The notes: generated from the sequence alone by a model not told the origin. 64,000 bases of DNA from an uncultured Alphaproteobacteria bacterium (GCA_902595805.1 CACJRM010000001.1:99806-163805), one strand, 5' to 3'; shown: positions 1-8,644, counted from the stretch's first letter. Numbers and translations: made by a program.

Positions 1-957
1 CAACGAAATAGAACTTTCGCAGTTATATTTTATTCTGGGCAGGGTACGGGTAAGAATATGTTCTTTAGTATCTTAAAAAGATTGTATGGCGCCTCTAATT
101 GTTCTTTTTTACGACTAGACCAGCTACTCGATAAGTTTCAACCCTTTATGTTAAGCTCTAATTATCTTTTCATAAGTGAAATCGATAGCACCGGTAAAGA
201 CATAAAGAGCAAACAAGCTAAACTGAGAGAGTTAATTTCAGATACAGATTTTATGGTCGAGATGAAAGGTGTCGATCTTATTCCTGTAACGAACTGTCAT
301 TATACAATCTGGGGAAGCACTAATGAACCTTACCCGTTATCTCTTCCGGGTGATGATCGTAGGACTATGTTTATAGATATAGGCGTTACGAAATATGAAA
401 TACTACAAAAGGATAAAGATTATTTTAAAAAGCTAGTAACTTTTAGAAAAGATCCTTTGAATATTGCTAGTGTGTATCATTATTTTAAAAACGTACACGT
501 TATATCAAAAGAATTTGATCCTAACGAGCCACCGGTAACAACAGCTAAAGATGAATTAATTGAAGCCAGTAAGCCTCAGTATATGAAAACTTTAGATGAT
601 TTGTTTGAAGGAGAAAAAATCGTTAGCTTTAAAAGAGATATTGTTAACGCAAAACTAATAACGCAAGAATTAAAAGCCTTAGAAGATTTTTCTATTATGA
701 GAGAAAATTTTACTGAGAATAAAGTTCTACGTTGGATAAGATTTAATCCTAAGAATTTCAGAATTCTAAAAGGCGAACCTTATCAAATACCGGGTTCATT
801 GCGAGGACGTTGTTGGGTTATACGTAACCACCCGTTCTGGAACCAACACAAAACTAGTAAAGAGATGATCGACCTACACTTTGAGAAGAAAGTCGAGACA
901 CCTTTATTTAAACAAAAGGATATTTATGACGAACAAAAAGATCAAATCCCCTTCTAG
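1..957 (+). CDS. Superfamily-3 (D5 / P4-alpha type) primase-helicase, C-terminal part; 5' end truncated by the window edge
   Basis: The frame of ORF 58..957 stays open back to base 1 (QRNRTFAVIFYSGQGTGKN before the first Met). Walker A GQGTGKN, Walker B YLFISEID and motif C TIWGSTNE occur in SF3 order and spacing. Confidence 0.7.
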   Translation, partial: QRNRTFAVIFYSGQGTGKNMFFSILKRLYGASNCSFLRLDQLLDKFQPFMLSSNYLFISEIDSTGKDIKSKQAKLRELISDTDFMVEMKGVDLIPVTNCHYTIWGSTNEPYPLSLPGDDRRTMFIDIGVTKYEILQKDKDYFKKLVTFRKDPLNIASVYHYFKNVHVISKEFDPNEPPVTTAKDELIEASKPQYMKTLDDLFEGEKIVSFKRDIVNAKLITQELKALEDFSIMRENFTENKVLRWIRFNPKNFRILKGEPYQIPGSLRGRCWVIRNHPFWNQHKTSKEMIDLHFEKKVETPLFKQKDIYDEQKDQIPF

Positions 958-1204
958 TTTAGTAGATATAGATGATATCTTTGATATTTCACAAATCCCT
1001 CACTTATCAAGTGGGGGAGATACTAAACCAGCAAAAGAAAAAGCAGCAACCTTACCGGTATCCAAGACCGGCAAAGGGGTAAGTATTTCATTTGAAGAAG
1101 TTTTAATCCGTGATCTCGTTAACGCTCAAACTTATATTAAGCAAAACGGTCTTGAAGAGGATTTTAATAAGTTCACGAAAAAATATACTAAAAAAAAGTT
1201 ATAA
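926..1204 (+). CDS. hypothetical protein of the mobile-element module (start moved from 881 to ATG 926)
   Basis: ATG at 926 lies 5 nt after AAGGA (916-920) and overlaps the helicase stop (955-957), suggesting translational coupling. I recognise no domain. Confidence 0.45.
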   Translation: MTNKKIKSPSSLVDIDDIFDISQIPHLSSGGDTKPAKEKAATLPVSKTGKGVSISFEEVLIRDLVNAQTYIKQNGLEEDFNKFTKKYTKKKL

Positions 1205-1234
1205 ATTTTTTTATAATTTTTTTTTTGCATACCT

Positions 1235-1254
1235 CCCCTAATAACTTTTAGGGG
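1235..1254 (+). terminator. possible intrinsic terminator of the helicase operon
   Basis: Hairpin CCCCTAA(1235-1241)-N6-TTAGGGG(1248-1254) is followed by U-rich TGTATGTTTGTCT. The tail is weak. Confidence 0.3.
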
Positions 1255-1376
1255 GTGTATGTTTGTCTCGATCATAGTCTTTAGCCTATCTCTATACAAC
1301 GACCCCCAATTTATGTCTCCCCCGGGGTGGGTAAGGGTCTTCATTCTGCTTATTTAAAAAATCTAAGTACCTAAGT

Positions 1377-1541
1377 TTAGGACTCAATAGTTATATTGTT
1401 GAATATAAAATAAAGGACAGCTAGATATATTATGCCAGATATAATTCTGATAATTCTCTTATCTTTATAAGTTTTGAAAACAACAAATCCATAGGTTGAT
1501 GAAATTAAGAAAATACCTATAGCCAATACCCAAGGTTGCAT
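1377..1541 (-). CDS. small 54-aa protein with two hydrophobic segments (below the ORF-track cutoff)
   Basis: Hand translation gives MQPWVLAIGIFLISSTYGFVVFKTYKDKRIIRIISGIIYLAVLYFIFNNITIES, from ATG 1541..1539 to TAA 1379..1377. Two TM-like stretches are separated by a KDKR loop. There is no SD and I recognise no homology. Confidence 0.3.
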   Translation of the reverse strand: MQPWVLAIGIFLISSTYGFVVFKTYKDKRIIRIISGIIYLAVLYFIFNNITIES

Positions 1542-1584
1542 AATTTTAGTATAAATTAAAACGTTACAAAATAAAATAATTTAA

Positions 1585-1745
1585 GCGGACGGAGTCCGCC
1601 GGAGGCGGAACGGCGATATCTTGCCCTTTAAAAGGATTCAGGAATCTGTCAGCGAGTTTGTAGGGGTAGAGCTGAGGTATGGATTCAAGCCTCTCTACAA
1701 GAATCTTTATCCCTTGTTTATGGGACAATAAAGAATCAAATAGAG
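1585..1745. other. GC-rich, hairpin-dense segment: candidate structured RNA or protein-binding region, identity unknown
   Basis: 25 of 31 nt are G/C at 1585-1615. GCGGAC-GGA-GTCCGC (1585-1599) and TCCGCC-GGA-GGCGGA (1595-1609) share bases 1595-1599 and so exclude each other. A second hairpin is GTAGA..GAGG-N12-CCTC-TCTAC (1665-1698). Confidence 0.3.
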
Positions 1746-1751
1746 CTGTTT

Positions 1752-1783
1752 TTTCGAATCACTTTCGAATCAATTCGATCCAC
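1752..1783 (+). repeat. three tandem iteron-like units with ~11-bp period
   Basis: The units are TTTCGAATCAC (1752-1762), TTTCGAATCAA (1763-1773) and TTCGA-TCCAC (1774-1783). Confidence 0.75.
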
Positions 1784-1874
1784 TTTTTATATAAAATTAA
1801 TCCCATATGTGATAACTTGGACCTTGTAGATATTTGACTTAAACTAAGGATTTCGTTAAAGGGATCACGTATCT

Positions 1875-1949
1875 TGGGGCGTCGCCAAGCGGTAAGGCAC
1901 CGGTTTTTGGAGTCGGCATTCGTAGGTTCGAATCCTACCGCCCCAGCCA
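1875..1949 (+). tRNA. tRNA-Gln (anticodon UUG), CCA encoded
   Basis: Cloverleaf: acceptor TGGGGCG/CGCCCCA, D arm GCCAAGCGGTAAGGC, anticodon stem CCGGT/GTCGG with loop TTTTGGA, T arm GTAGG-TTCGAAT-CCTAC. It is close to the E. coli tRNA-Gln sequence. Confidence 0.95.
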
Positions 1950-1952
1950 AAT

Positions 1953-2540
1953 TTAAAATTCTTTTTGAATTTTGTTTAGAGAGTTAACACTCTTCCAATA
2001 TAAATCATCAAATCTTTGGAAAAAGCTAATATTAATTATTTCTTTTTCTTTTACACCCCAAATATATTTTTTATCTATCCAACCTTTGTAATTTCTTGAT
2101 GACACTAAACACCAATCAATTTTACATTTTTCTAAAAAAACAATATTTCCCTTTCCTATTTCTCCAATAATATTGCCCTTCAAAGTGTTTAATAATTTAA
2201 TAGTATTATTATCATTTGATAAAATAATGCCTGTTCTAGTACCGGATATTAAACTTTTATGAATCCATCCAAAATTTTTCTGAAAATCTTCTACTTTTCT
2301 CCAATCTTCATACTCTTCTAATACTTTCAAGGGGTAATATTTTTTTATGTATTTAATTTCAATAGGGTAATTCTTACTTGGACCAACACGTATATTCGCA
2401 TCATTAGATTTTAAAGATACATACCTTGGAATTTCTAGACCAGTTTCCTTACCAATATCTGCATTACTTTCTTGGCTAAAAATTATAATTGAAATGAATG
2501 CTATTACAATTTGCATACTAAATATTTTATAAAGTAGCAT
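1953..2540 (-). CDS. secreted bacterial SH3-domain (DUF1058-like) protein
   Basis: Signal-peptide-like MQIVIAFISIIIFSQESNA precedes two SH3b-like halves (RVGPSKNYPI..WRKV; KGWIDKKYIWG). The ORF-track start at 2585 would overlap tRNA-Arg, so I use Met at 2540; Met at 2516 is the alternative. Confidence 0.75.
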   Translation of the reverse strand: MLLYKIFSMQIVIAFISIIIFSQESNADIGKETGLEIPRYVSLKSNDANIRVGPSKNYPIEIKYIKKYYPLKVLEEYEDWRKVEDFQKNFGWIHKSLISGTRTGIILSNDNNTIKLLNTLKGNIIGEIGKGNIVFLEKCKIDWCLVSSRNYKGWIDKKYIWGVKEKEIINISFFQRFDDLYWKSVNSLNKIQKEF

Positions 2541-2570
2541 AGGATTTATATAAAGTGTATAATATTTTAA

Positions 2571-2647
2571 GCGCCTGTAGCTCAATTGGATAGAGCGTAT
2601 GACTACGGATCATAAGGTTAGGAGTTCGACTCTTCTCAGGCGCGCCA
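2571..2647 (+). tRNA. tRNA-Arg (anticodon ACG), CCA encoded
   Basis: Acceptor GCGCCTG/CAGGCGC, D arm GCTCAATTGGATAGAGC, anticodon stem TATGA/TCATA with loop CTACGGA, T arm AGGAG-TTCGACT-CTTCT. Confidence 0.95.
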
Positions 2648-2650
2648 AAT

Positions 2651-2686
2651 CAAAAAAATACGATATTTTTGTACAAAAAAATACGA
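2651..2686 (+). repeat. perfect 13-nt direct repeat CAAAAAAATACGA x2, 4 nt downstream of tRNA-Arg
   Basis: The copies are at 2651-2663 and 2674-2686, a 23-nt period. Confidence 0.7.
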
Positions 2687-2708
2687 ATGTATATTACTAG
2701 TGATTAAT

Positions 2709-3731
2709 ATGTTAAGTGATATAAATTTAGATAGAATTAAAAGTGATAAAAATATTAGCGATTTATTTGTAAACGCAAGCTTTAGTTCTTTAGCCATAAA
2801 TTGTAATATTCTCAAAGGGAGTTTTTTTTCTGACGCATTTTACTATTTTCCAATTAGTAATAATAATCAGACATTTTCTTCGCTTTATTTGCGAGAGTTC
2901 AACAATCTTTCACATTTTTATACGGAAAAATTTTTTGAAAATTTTAATGAAAAAAAACATTCATTAAAATCTTTTAAAGATATTTATATATTAGGTTCAA
3001 ATTCTGGTAATAACTATTATTCCAATCTACTCCACTTTTTGCCTAGAATTTTTTTTAATAAACAAACAAATGTAAAAATTGCTATACATAGAAATTCTTC
3101 AAATAAATATAGGGAGTTTCTTAGAGCTATTCTTAATTCTCTTAAGATTGAATTCAATTTTATTTATTTAGATGATGATTTTTTTTATTTTCAAAATTCT
3201 GAATTTCCACAGTTTATGAGCATCAATGATTCTATAAAAATTTTAAAAAATTTTTTTAGTCCAAAAGCAAATCCTGAAAATAGTAAAAAAATTTACGTCA
3301 CAAGAGAAGACTCAAACTATAGAAGGATAATTAATGAGGGTGATATAATAACTCTTTTAAGAGAAAAAGGATATAGAGTTATTAATCCTCAATTATATGA
3401 AATTGAAGAACAAATAGAAATTTTTTCTAATGCTGAAAAAATTATTTCACCTTATGGGTCTAATTTGGCAAATATAATTTTTTGCAAGCCTGGGACAGAA
3501 ATAGTTGAAATTTCTCCTCCATTTACTGATAAAGAAAAGGTTTTCGATGAAAGATACTCCAACTTATCAATGCTTAATAAACTAAAGTACAATAAAATAG
3601 TTGCGGATACAATTGATGTTGAAAAACATTCTGAGCTAGCAAAAAAATATATTCATCCCAATATACTATCAAATAGTAATTATTACAAAAATTTAATTCT
3701 TAAAATTAAAGATTTAAAAGATATAATTTAA
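2709..3731 (+). CDS. glycosyltransferase family 61 / DUF563 protein
   Basis: The C-terminal half (YVTREDSNYRRIINE..ISPYGSNLANIIFCKPGTEIVEI) fits the DUF563/GT61 pattern. I prefer ATG 2709 to the GTG at 2700 in the ORF track. Confidence 0.7.
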   Translation: MLSDINLDRIKSDKNISDLFVNASFSSLAINCNILKGSFFSDAFYYFPISNNNQTFSSLYLREFNNLSHFYTEKFFENFNEKKHSLKSFKDIYILGSNSGNNYYSNLLHFLPRIFFNKQTNVKIAIHRNSSNKYREFLRAILNSLKIEFNFIYLDDDFFYFQNSEFPQFMSINDSIKILKNFFSPKANPENSKKIYVTREDSNYRRIINEGDIITLLREKGYRVINPQLYEIEEQIEIFSNAEKIISPYGSNLANIIFCKPGTEIVEISPPFTDKEKVFDERYSNLSMLNKLKYNKIVADTIDVEKHSELAKKYIHPNILSNSNYYKNLILKIKDLKDII

Positions 3732-4748
3732 TCAACATTTTTTAAAAAATAATGGAGTTAAAACATTAATGCTTGTTTCAAATTTTTTACAAACATTACT
3801 ATCAGAGTATTTAGATATATCATCATATTTAGATATTAAGCTTCCAATTAATGAAAGATCTTTTTTATTTTCATAAATCTTATAATCATTAAAATTATTT
3901 TCTTTAATAATATAATCTATTAAGCTTAAATAATCTAACTCTTCATCAATCAAGAAATTATTTTTAGCCTGATTGCTGTTATAAATTAGTGCACCAATAT
4001 TTTTTTTAATATAAGAAATTTCAATTTTTCTATTTTTTGAAACTTTGGCTACGAAATCATTATATATGTCGTCAACGATTTTTTGAAGATGTTCCACTTC
4101 CTTTTTTTCAGGACGTCTATAAGGATTAAATAAATCTTTACTTTGTCCTGCATTCTGATTGTAAACCTCGATTCCATTTTTTGTCTCTATAGATTGGTTT
4201 AATATGCCGTACGATAAGCTAATTGGTGTATTATAATAAAACCAACTTGGTCCACTGACACCAATACTTCCTATCATTGAACCATAAGATGCGAATATTT
4301 TGTCAGCAGAGGTTGCGATCCAGTAACCTCCTGATGCCAATATTTCAGTCGTATAAAAATATAATTTAACATTTGTTTTCTTTTTGAATTCATAAAAAAT
4401 ATTTTCTAGTTCAGCTGTAGCACTTACTGTCCCTCCTGGTGAATTAATATTTACAAGTAAAACTTTAATTTTAAGTTCTTTTAATTCATCTAAATAAGAT
4501 TGAATTTCCTTAGGATTGATGTAAGCATAAAAGTCACTTACAAAAAGATCATGGGTATTATGAAAAATTGGACCATTAAGATTCATATTTACTATAATAT
4601 TTTTGGAGTTTTCATTACCCTTTGTTATTTGAAATCGTTGATTTTTAAAATCATTTGAAAAATAAAATAAAATATTGAGAATTATTATAAAAACTAAAAG
4701 AGCAACAAAAAAACCAAGAGTTCTCAAAAATACATTAAAAAAGACCAT
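3732..4748 (-). CDS. sppA: signal peptide peptidase SppA (36K type, S49 family)
   Basis: N-terminal TM segment, with the motifs INSPGGTVSA and ASGGYWIA. Confidence 0.85.
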   Translation of the reverse strand: MVFFNVFLRTLGFFVALLVFIIILNILFYFSNDFKNQRFQITKGNENSKNIIVNMNLNGPIFHNTHDLFVSDFYAYINPKEIQSYLDELKELKIKVLLVNINSPGGTVSATAELENIFYEFKKKTNVKLYFYTTEILASGGYWIATSADKIFASYGSMIGSIGVSGPSWFYYNTPISLSYGILNQSIETKNGIEVYNQNAGQSKDLFNPYRRPEKKEVEHLQKIVDDIYNDFVAKVSKNRKIEISYIKKNIGALIYNSNQAKNNFLIDEELDYLSLIDYIIKENNFNDYKIYENKKDLSLIGSLISKYDDISKYSDSNVCKKFETSINVLTPLFFKKC

Positions 4749-4798
4749 TTTTTAAAATACCATAAGTTTGTTTAATTAGATTTTTTTTTAGTTTTTTC

Positions 4799-4827
4799 CT
4801 TGAATATAGCCCAATAATGCTTAAATA
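4799..4827 (+). promoter_or_regulatory. groESL promoter (CTTGAA-N17-TAAATA), also close to the alphaproteobacterial sigma-32 form CTTG-N17-CYTATNT
   Basis: CTTGAA lies at 4799-4804 and TAAATA at 4822-4827. Read as CTTG(4799-4802)-N17-CTTAAAT(4820-4826), it matches 6 of 7 positions of the RpoH -10 consensus as I recall it. Confidence 0.5.
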
Positions 4828-4828
4828 A

Positions 4829-4855
4829 CTAGCACTCTTATGATGAGAGTGCTAA
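4829..4855 (+). promoter_or_regulatory. CIRCE operator (HrcA binding site)
   Basis: cTAGCACTC-TTATGATGA-GAGTGCTAA matches the consensus TTAGCACTC-N9-GAGTGCTAA at 17 of 18 positions, 44 nt upstream of groES. Confidence 0.9.
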
Positions 4856-4898
4856 TAAAAAATTATTAAATTTCAATTAGTTAACAAAAAGAGGAAAT

Positions 4899-5204
4899 AT
4901 GAATTTTAGACCTTTACATGACAGAGTTTTAGTCAAAAGAGTAGACTCTGATCAAAAAACGGCAGGGGGTATAATCATCCCTGACACTGCTCAAGAAAAA
5001 CCAATGGAAGGTGAGGTATTAGAAGTTGGTTCTGGAGCAAGAGATGAAACAGGAAAACTAGTACCTTTGGATGTCAAAAAAGGAGATAAAATACTTTTTG
5101 GAAAATGGTCTGGTACTGAGGTAAAAATGAATGGTGATGATTTTTTAATTATGAAAGAGTCTGACATCATGGGAATTATAACTTCAGGTAAAAAAAAGAA
5201 ATAG
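4899..5204 (+). CDS. groES: co-chaperonin GroES
   Basis: Full-length Cpn10 sequence ([20 protein letters not shown]). Confidence 0.97.
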   Translation: MNFRPLHDRVLVKRVDSDQKTAGGIIIPDTAQEKPMEGEVLEVGSGARDETGKLVPLDVKKGDKILFGKWSGTEVKMNGDDFLIMKESDIMGIITSGKKKK

Positions 5205-5211
5205 TAATTAA

Positions 5212-6894
<1,683 letters not shown>

Positions 6895-6915
6895 CTATAA
6901 AATAAATTTTTAAAG

Positions 6916-6946
6916 AAAGGGGCAAATTTATTTGCCCTTTTTTTTT
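6916..6946. terminator. bidirectional hairpin terminator between groEL and the convergent peroxidase gene
   Basis: GGGCAAA(6920-6926)-TTTA-TTTGCCC(6931-6937) is flanked by an A-run upstream and a T-run downstream (6938-6946). Confidence 0.7.
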
Positions 6947-7481
6947 AAATTAAACGATCGATCTGATTAGTAATTTTCGAACTATCTGGCTTTGTCATAG
7001 AAGACCAAGATTTAATAAGCTGTCCATTTCTATCAAATAAATATTTGTAAAAATTCCACTTTGGTTTTTCATTATACTCCTCCTCAATCCATGCATAAAT
7101 TGGATGAGTATTGCTTCCTTTTACATCCATTGGTGAAGAGGTAACAAAACCTACTCCATAATTAACTAAACAAATTTGTTTAATATCCTCGGTGTCTAAG
7201 TACTCTTGATTGAAAGAATTGCTTGTTGTAGCTATTATTGTTAAATCGCTATTTTTATAGTTCAAAAATAAATTTTGGAGATCAGCATACTGAGGAGTGA
7301 AACCACATCTAGAAGCTGTGTTCACTATTAAAATTGGCTTACCATCAAACTTCTCTAAATTTACCTGATTACCGTCTATATCTTCAAATGAAAAATCGTA
7401 TAAATTCACTGTCTCATTAGCTAATAATGTATTCTTTAAGTTAAGCATAATCAAAAAAACAAGTAAAAATATAAATTTCAT
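6945..7481 (-). CDS. glutathione peroxidase family protein (Cys type)
   Basis: NTASRCGFTPQY active-site motif and the WNFYKYL motif, with a signal peptide. Confidence 0.9.
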   Translation of the reverse strand: MKFIFLLVFLIMLNLKNTLLANETVNLYDFSFEDIDGNQVNLEKFDGKPILIVNTASRCGFTPQYADLQNLFLNYKNSDLTIIATTSNSFNQEYLDTEDIKQICLVNYGVGFVTSSPMDVKGSNTHPIYAWIEEEYNEKPKWNFYKYLFDRNGQLIKSWSSMTKPDSSKITNQIDRLI

Positions 7482-7507
7482 GTTAGTGAGTAATAAATAT
7501 ATCGCTT

Positions 7508-8644
7508 ATGGAAACATTCAATAGCTTTACAGACCTTTTTTTTGATGTTTGGAATAATGGTGTTTTTGGCATAAATGCTACAGATATCATAGTAAGCCTT
7601 GTAATTTTCCTTCTTTTTTATTTACTCAGAAGGCTTATAGCTAGATTTATTCTTAATCGATTATCAAGAATTGTTTCAAAAACTTCCAATCAAATTGATG
7701 ACGCTGTTATTGAAGTACTTGATGGGCCATTAAAATTTCTCCCTGTCGTTTTAGGTTTTTTTATAGCTTCTTCATATTTAGATGTTTCTGATAACAACCA
7801 AGATTTTTTAGATTTACTAAACAGATCATTAATTACAATTTTTATATTCTGGCTACTGCATCAATTGATTATACCATTTTCATTTGTAATAAAAAACTTT
7901 GAGTCAAAAATATCAAAACCTTTAGTTGATTGGACGCTTAAAGGTTTAAAAATTCTTGTTATTGTTCTTGGAGCAGTAGCAATTTTAGAATTGTGGGGAA
8001 TAAGAGTGGGACCAGTAATTGCAGGATTAGGTTTATTTGGTGTAGCCGTTGCACTGGGTGCTCAAGATTTATTTAAAAATTTAATTAGTGGTATCATGAT
8101 ACTAATGGAAAAGAGGTTTACTGTTGGTGATGTTATATTAGTTTCAGGTGAAGTAGAGGGAGTTGTTGAACAAATTGGATTTAGATCAACCCTTGTTAGA
8201 AGATTTGATTCAACCCCAGTAATGGTTCCAAATTATAAATTTGCAGAGCAGTCTGTAACTAATTACACAAGAAGACATCATAGACGTATAAGATGGCTAA
8301 TTGGATTAGAATATAGAACTAGTATTGATCAATTAAAAAATATCAGAGACGAGATAAATAATTTAATTGAAAAAGATGATAACTTTGCAAAAAATCAAAA
8401 TGCAAGTTTCTACGTTAGAATAGATAGTTTTTCTGATAGTTCTATCGATATGCTAGTACAAACATTTACTGTTACGAATGAATGGGCAGAATTTTTAAAA
8501 ATAAAAGAAAACCTTGCTGTCAAAATAATAGAAATAGTTGAAAATAATGAAGCTGGTTTTGCTTTTCCGAGTCAATCACTTTATGTTGAAAAATTATCAG
8601 ATGAAAAAACAGAAATTTTTAACCCCCAATCTACTAAGAAATAA
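7508..8644 (+). CDS. mechanosensitive ion channel (MscS family)
   Basis: TM helices followed by the conserved GAQDLFKNLISGIMILMEKRFTVGD pore/beta-domain junction. Confidence 0.85.
   Translation: METFNSFTDLFFDVWNNGVFGINATDIIVSLVIFLLFYLLRRLIARFILNRLSRIVSKTSNQIDDAVIEVLDGPLKFLPVVLGFFIASSYLDVSDNNQDFLDLLNRSLITIFIFWLLHQLIIPFSFVIKNFESKISKPLVDWTLKGLKILVIVLGAVAILELWGIRVGPVIAGLGLFGVAVALGAQDLFKNLISGIMILMEKRFTVGDVILVSGEVEGVVEQIGFRSTLVRRFDSTPVMVPNYKFAEQSVTNYTRRHHRRIRWLIGLEYRTSIDQLKNIRDEINNLIEKDDNFAKNQNASFYVRIDSFSDSSIDMLVQTFTVTNEWAEFLKIKENLAVKIIEIVENNEAGFAFPSQSLYVEKLSDEKTEIFNPQSTKK

Larger units (their letters stand above)
1..1874. mobile_element. Edge of an integrated phage/satellite/plasmid-like element abutting tRNA-Gln; right boundary uncertain, left boundary outside the window
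   Basis: It contains an SF3 replication helicase, orphan small ORFs, visibly higher G+C than the flanking host genes, a 670-bp non-coding stretch with iterons and an adjacent tRNA. No integrase or att duplication is visible in the window. Confidence 0.4.

Noticed and set aside
1132-1344. 70-aa minus-strand ORF in the element spacer
   Set aside because: It overlaps the 3' end of the plus-strand ORF 926..1204, and its C-terminal third is a translated A/T run. It also spans the 1235-1254 hairpin. It has no RBS and no recognisable family.
1585-1745. Idea that the GC-rich segment is a two-piece alphaproteobacterial tmRNA, a common integration target
   Set aside because: GGGGTAGAGC..GGATTCAAG superficially recalls the tmRNA 5' end (GGGGCUGAUUCUGGAUUCGAC). 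However, there is no T-arm/ACCA acceptor piece complementary to it on either side. There is also no tag-like reading frame ending in ..AA-stop on either strand.
1759-1950. 63-aa minus-strand ORF from the six-frame track
   Set aside because: Most of it is the antisense of tRNA-Gln (1875-1949), where the G/C-rich tRNA sequence keeps the frame open. I kept only its last 15 codons as part of the TGA-interrupted frame noted separately.
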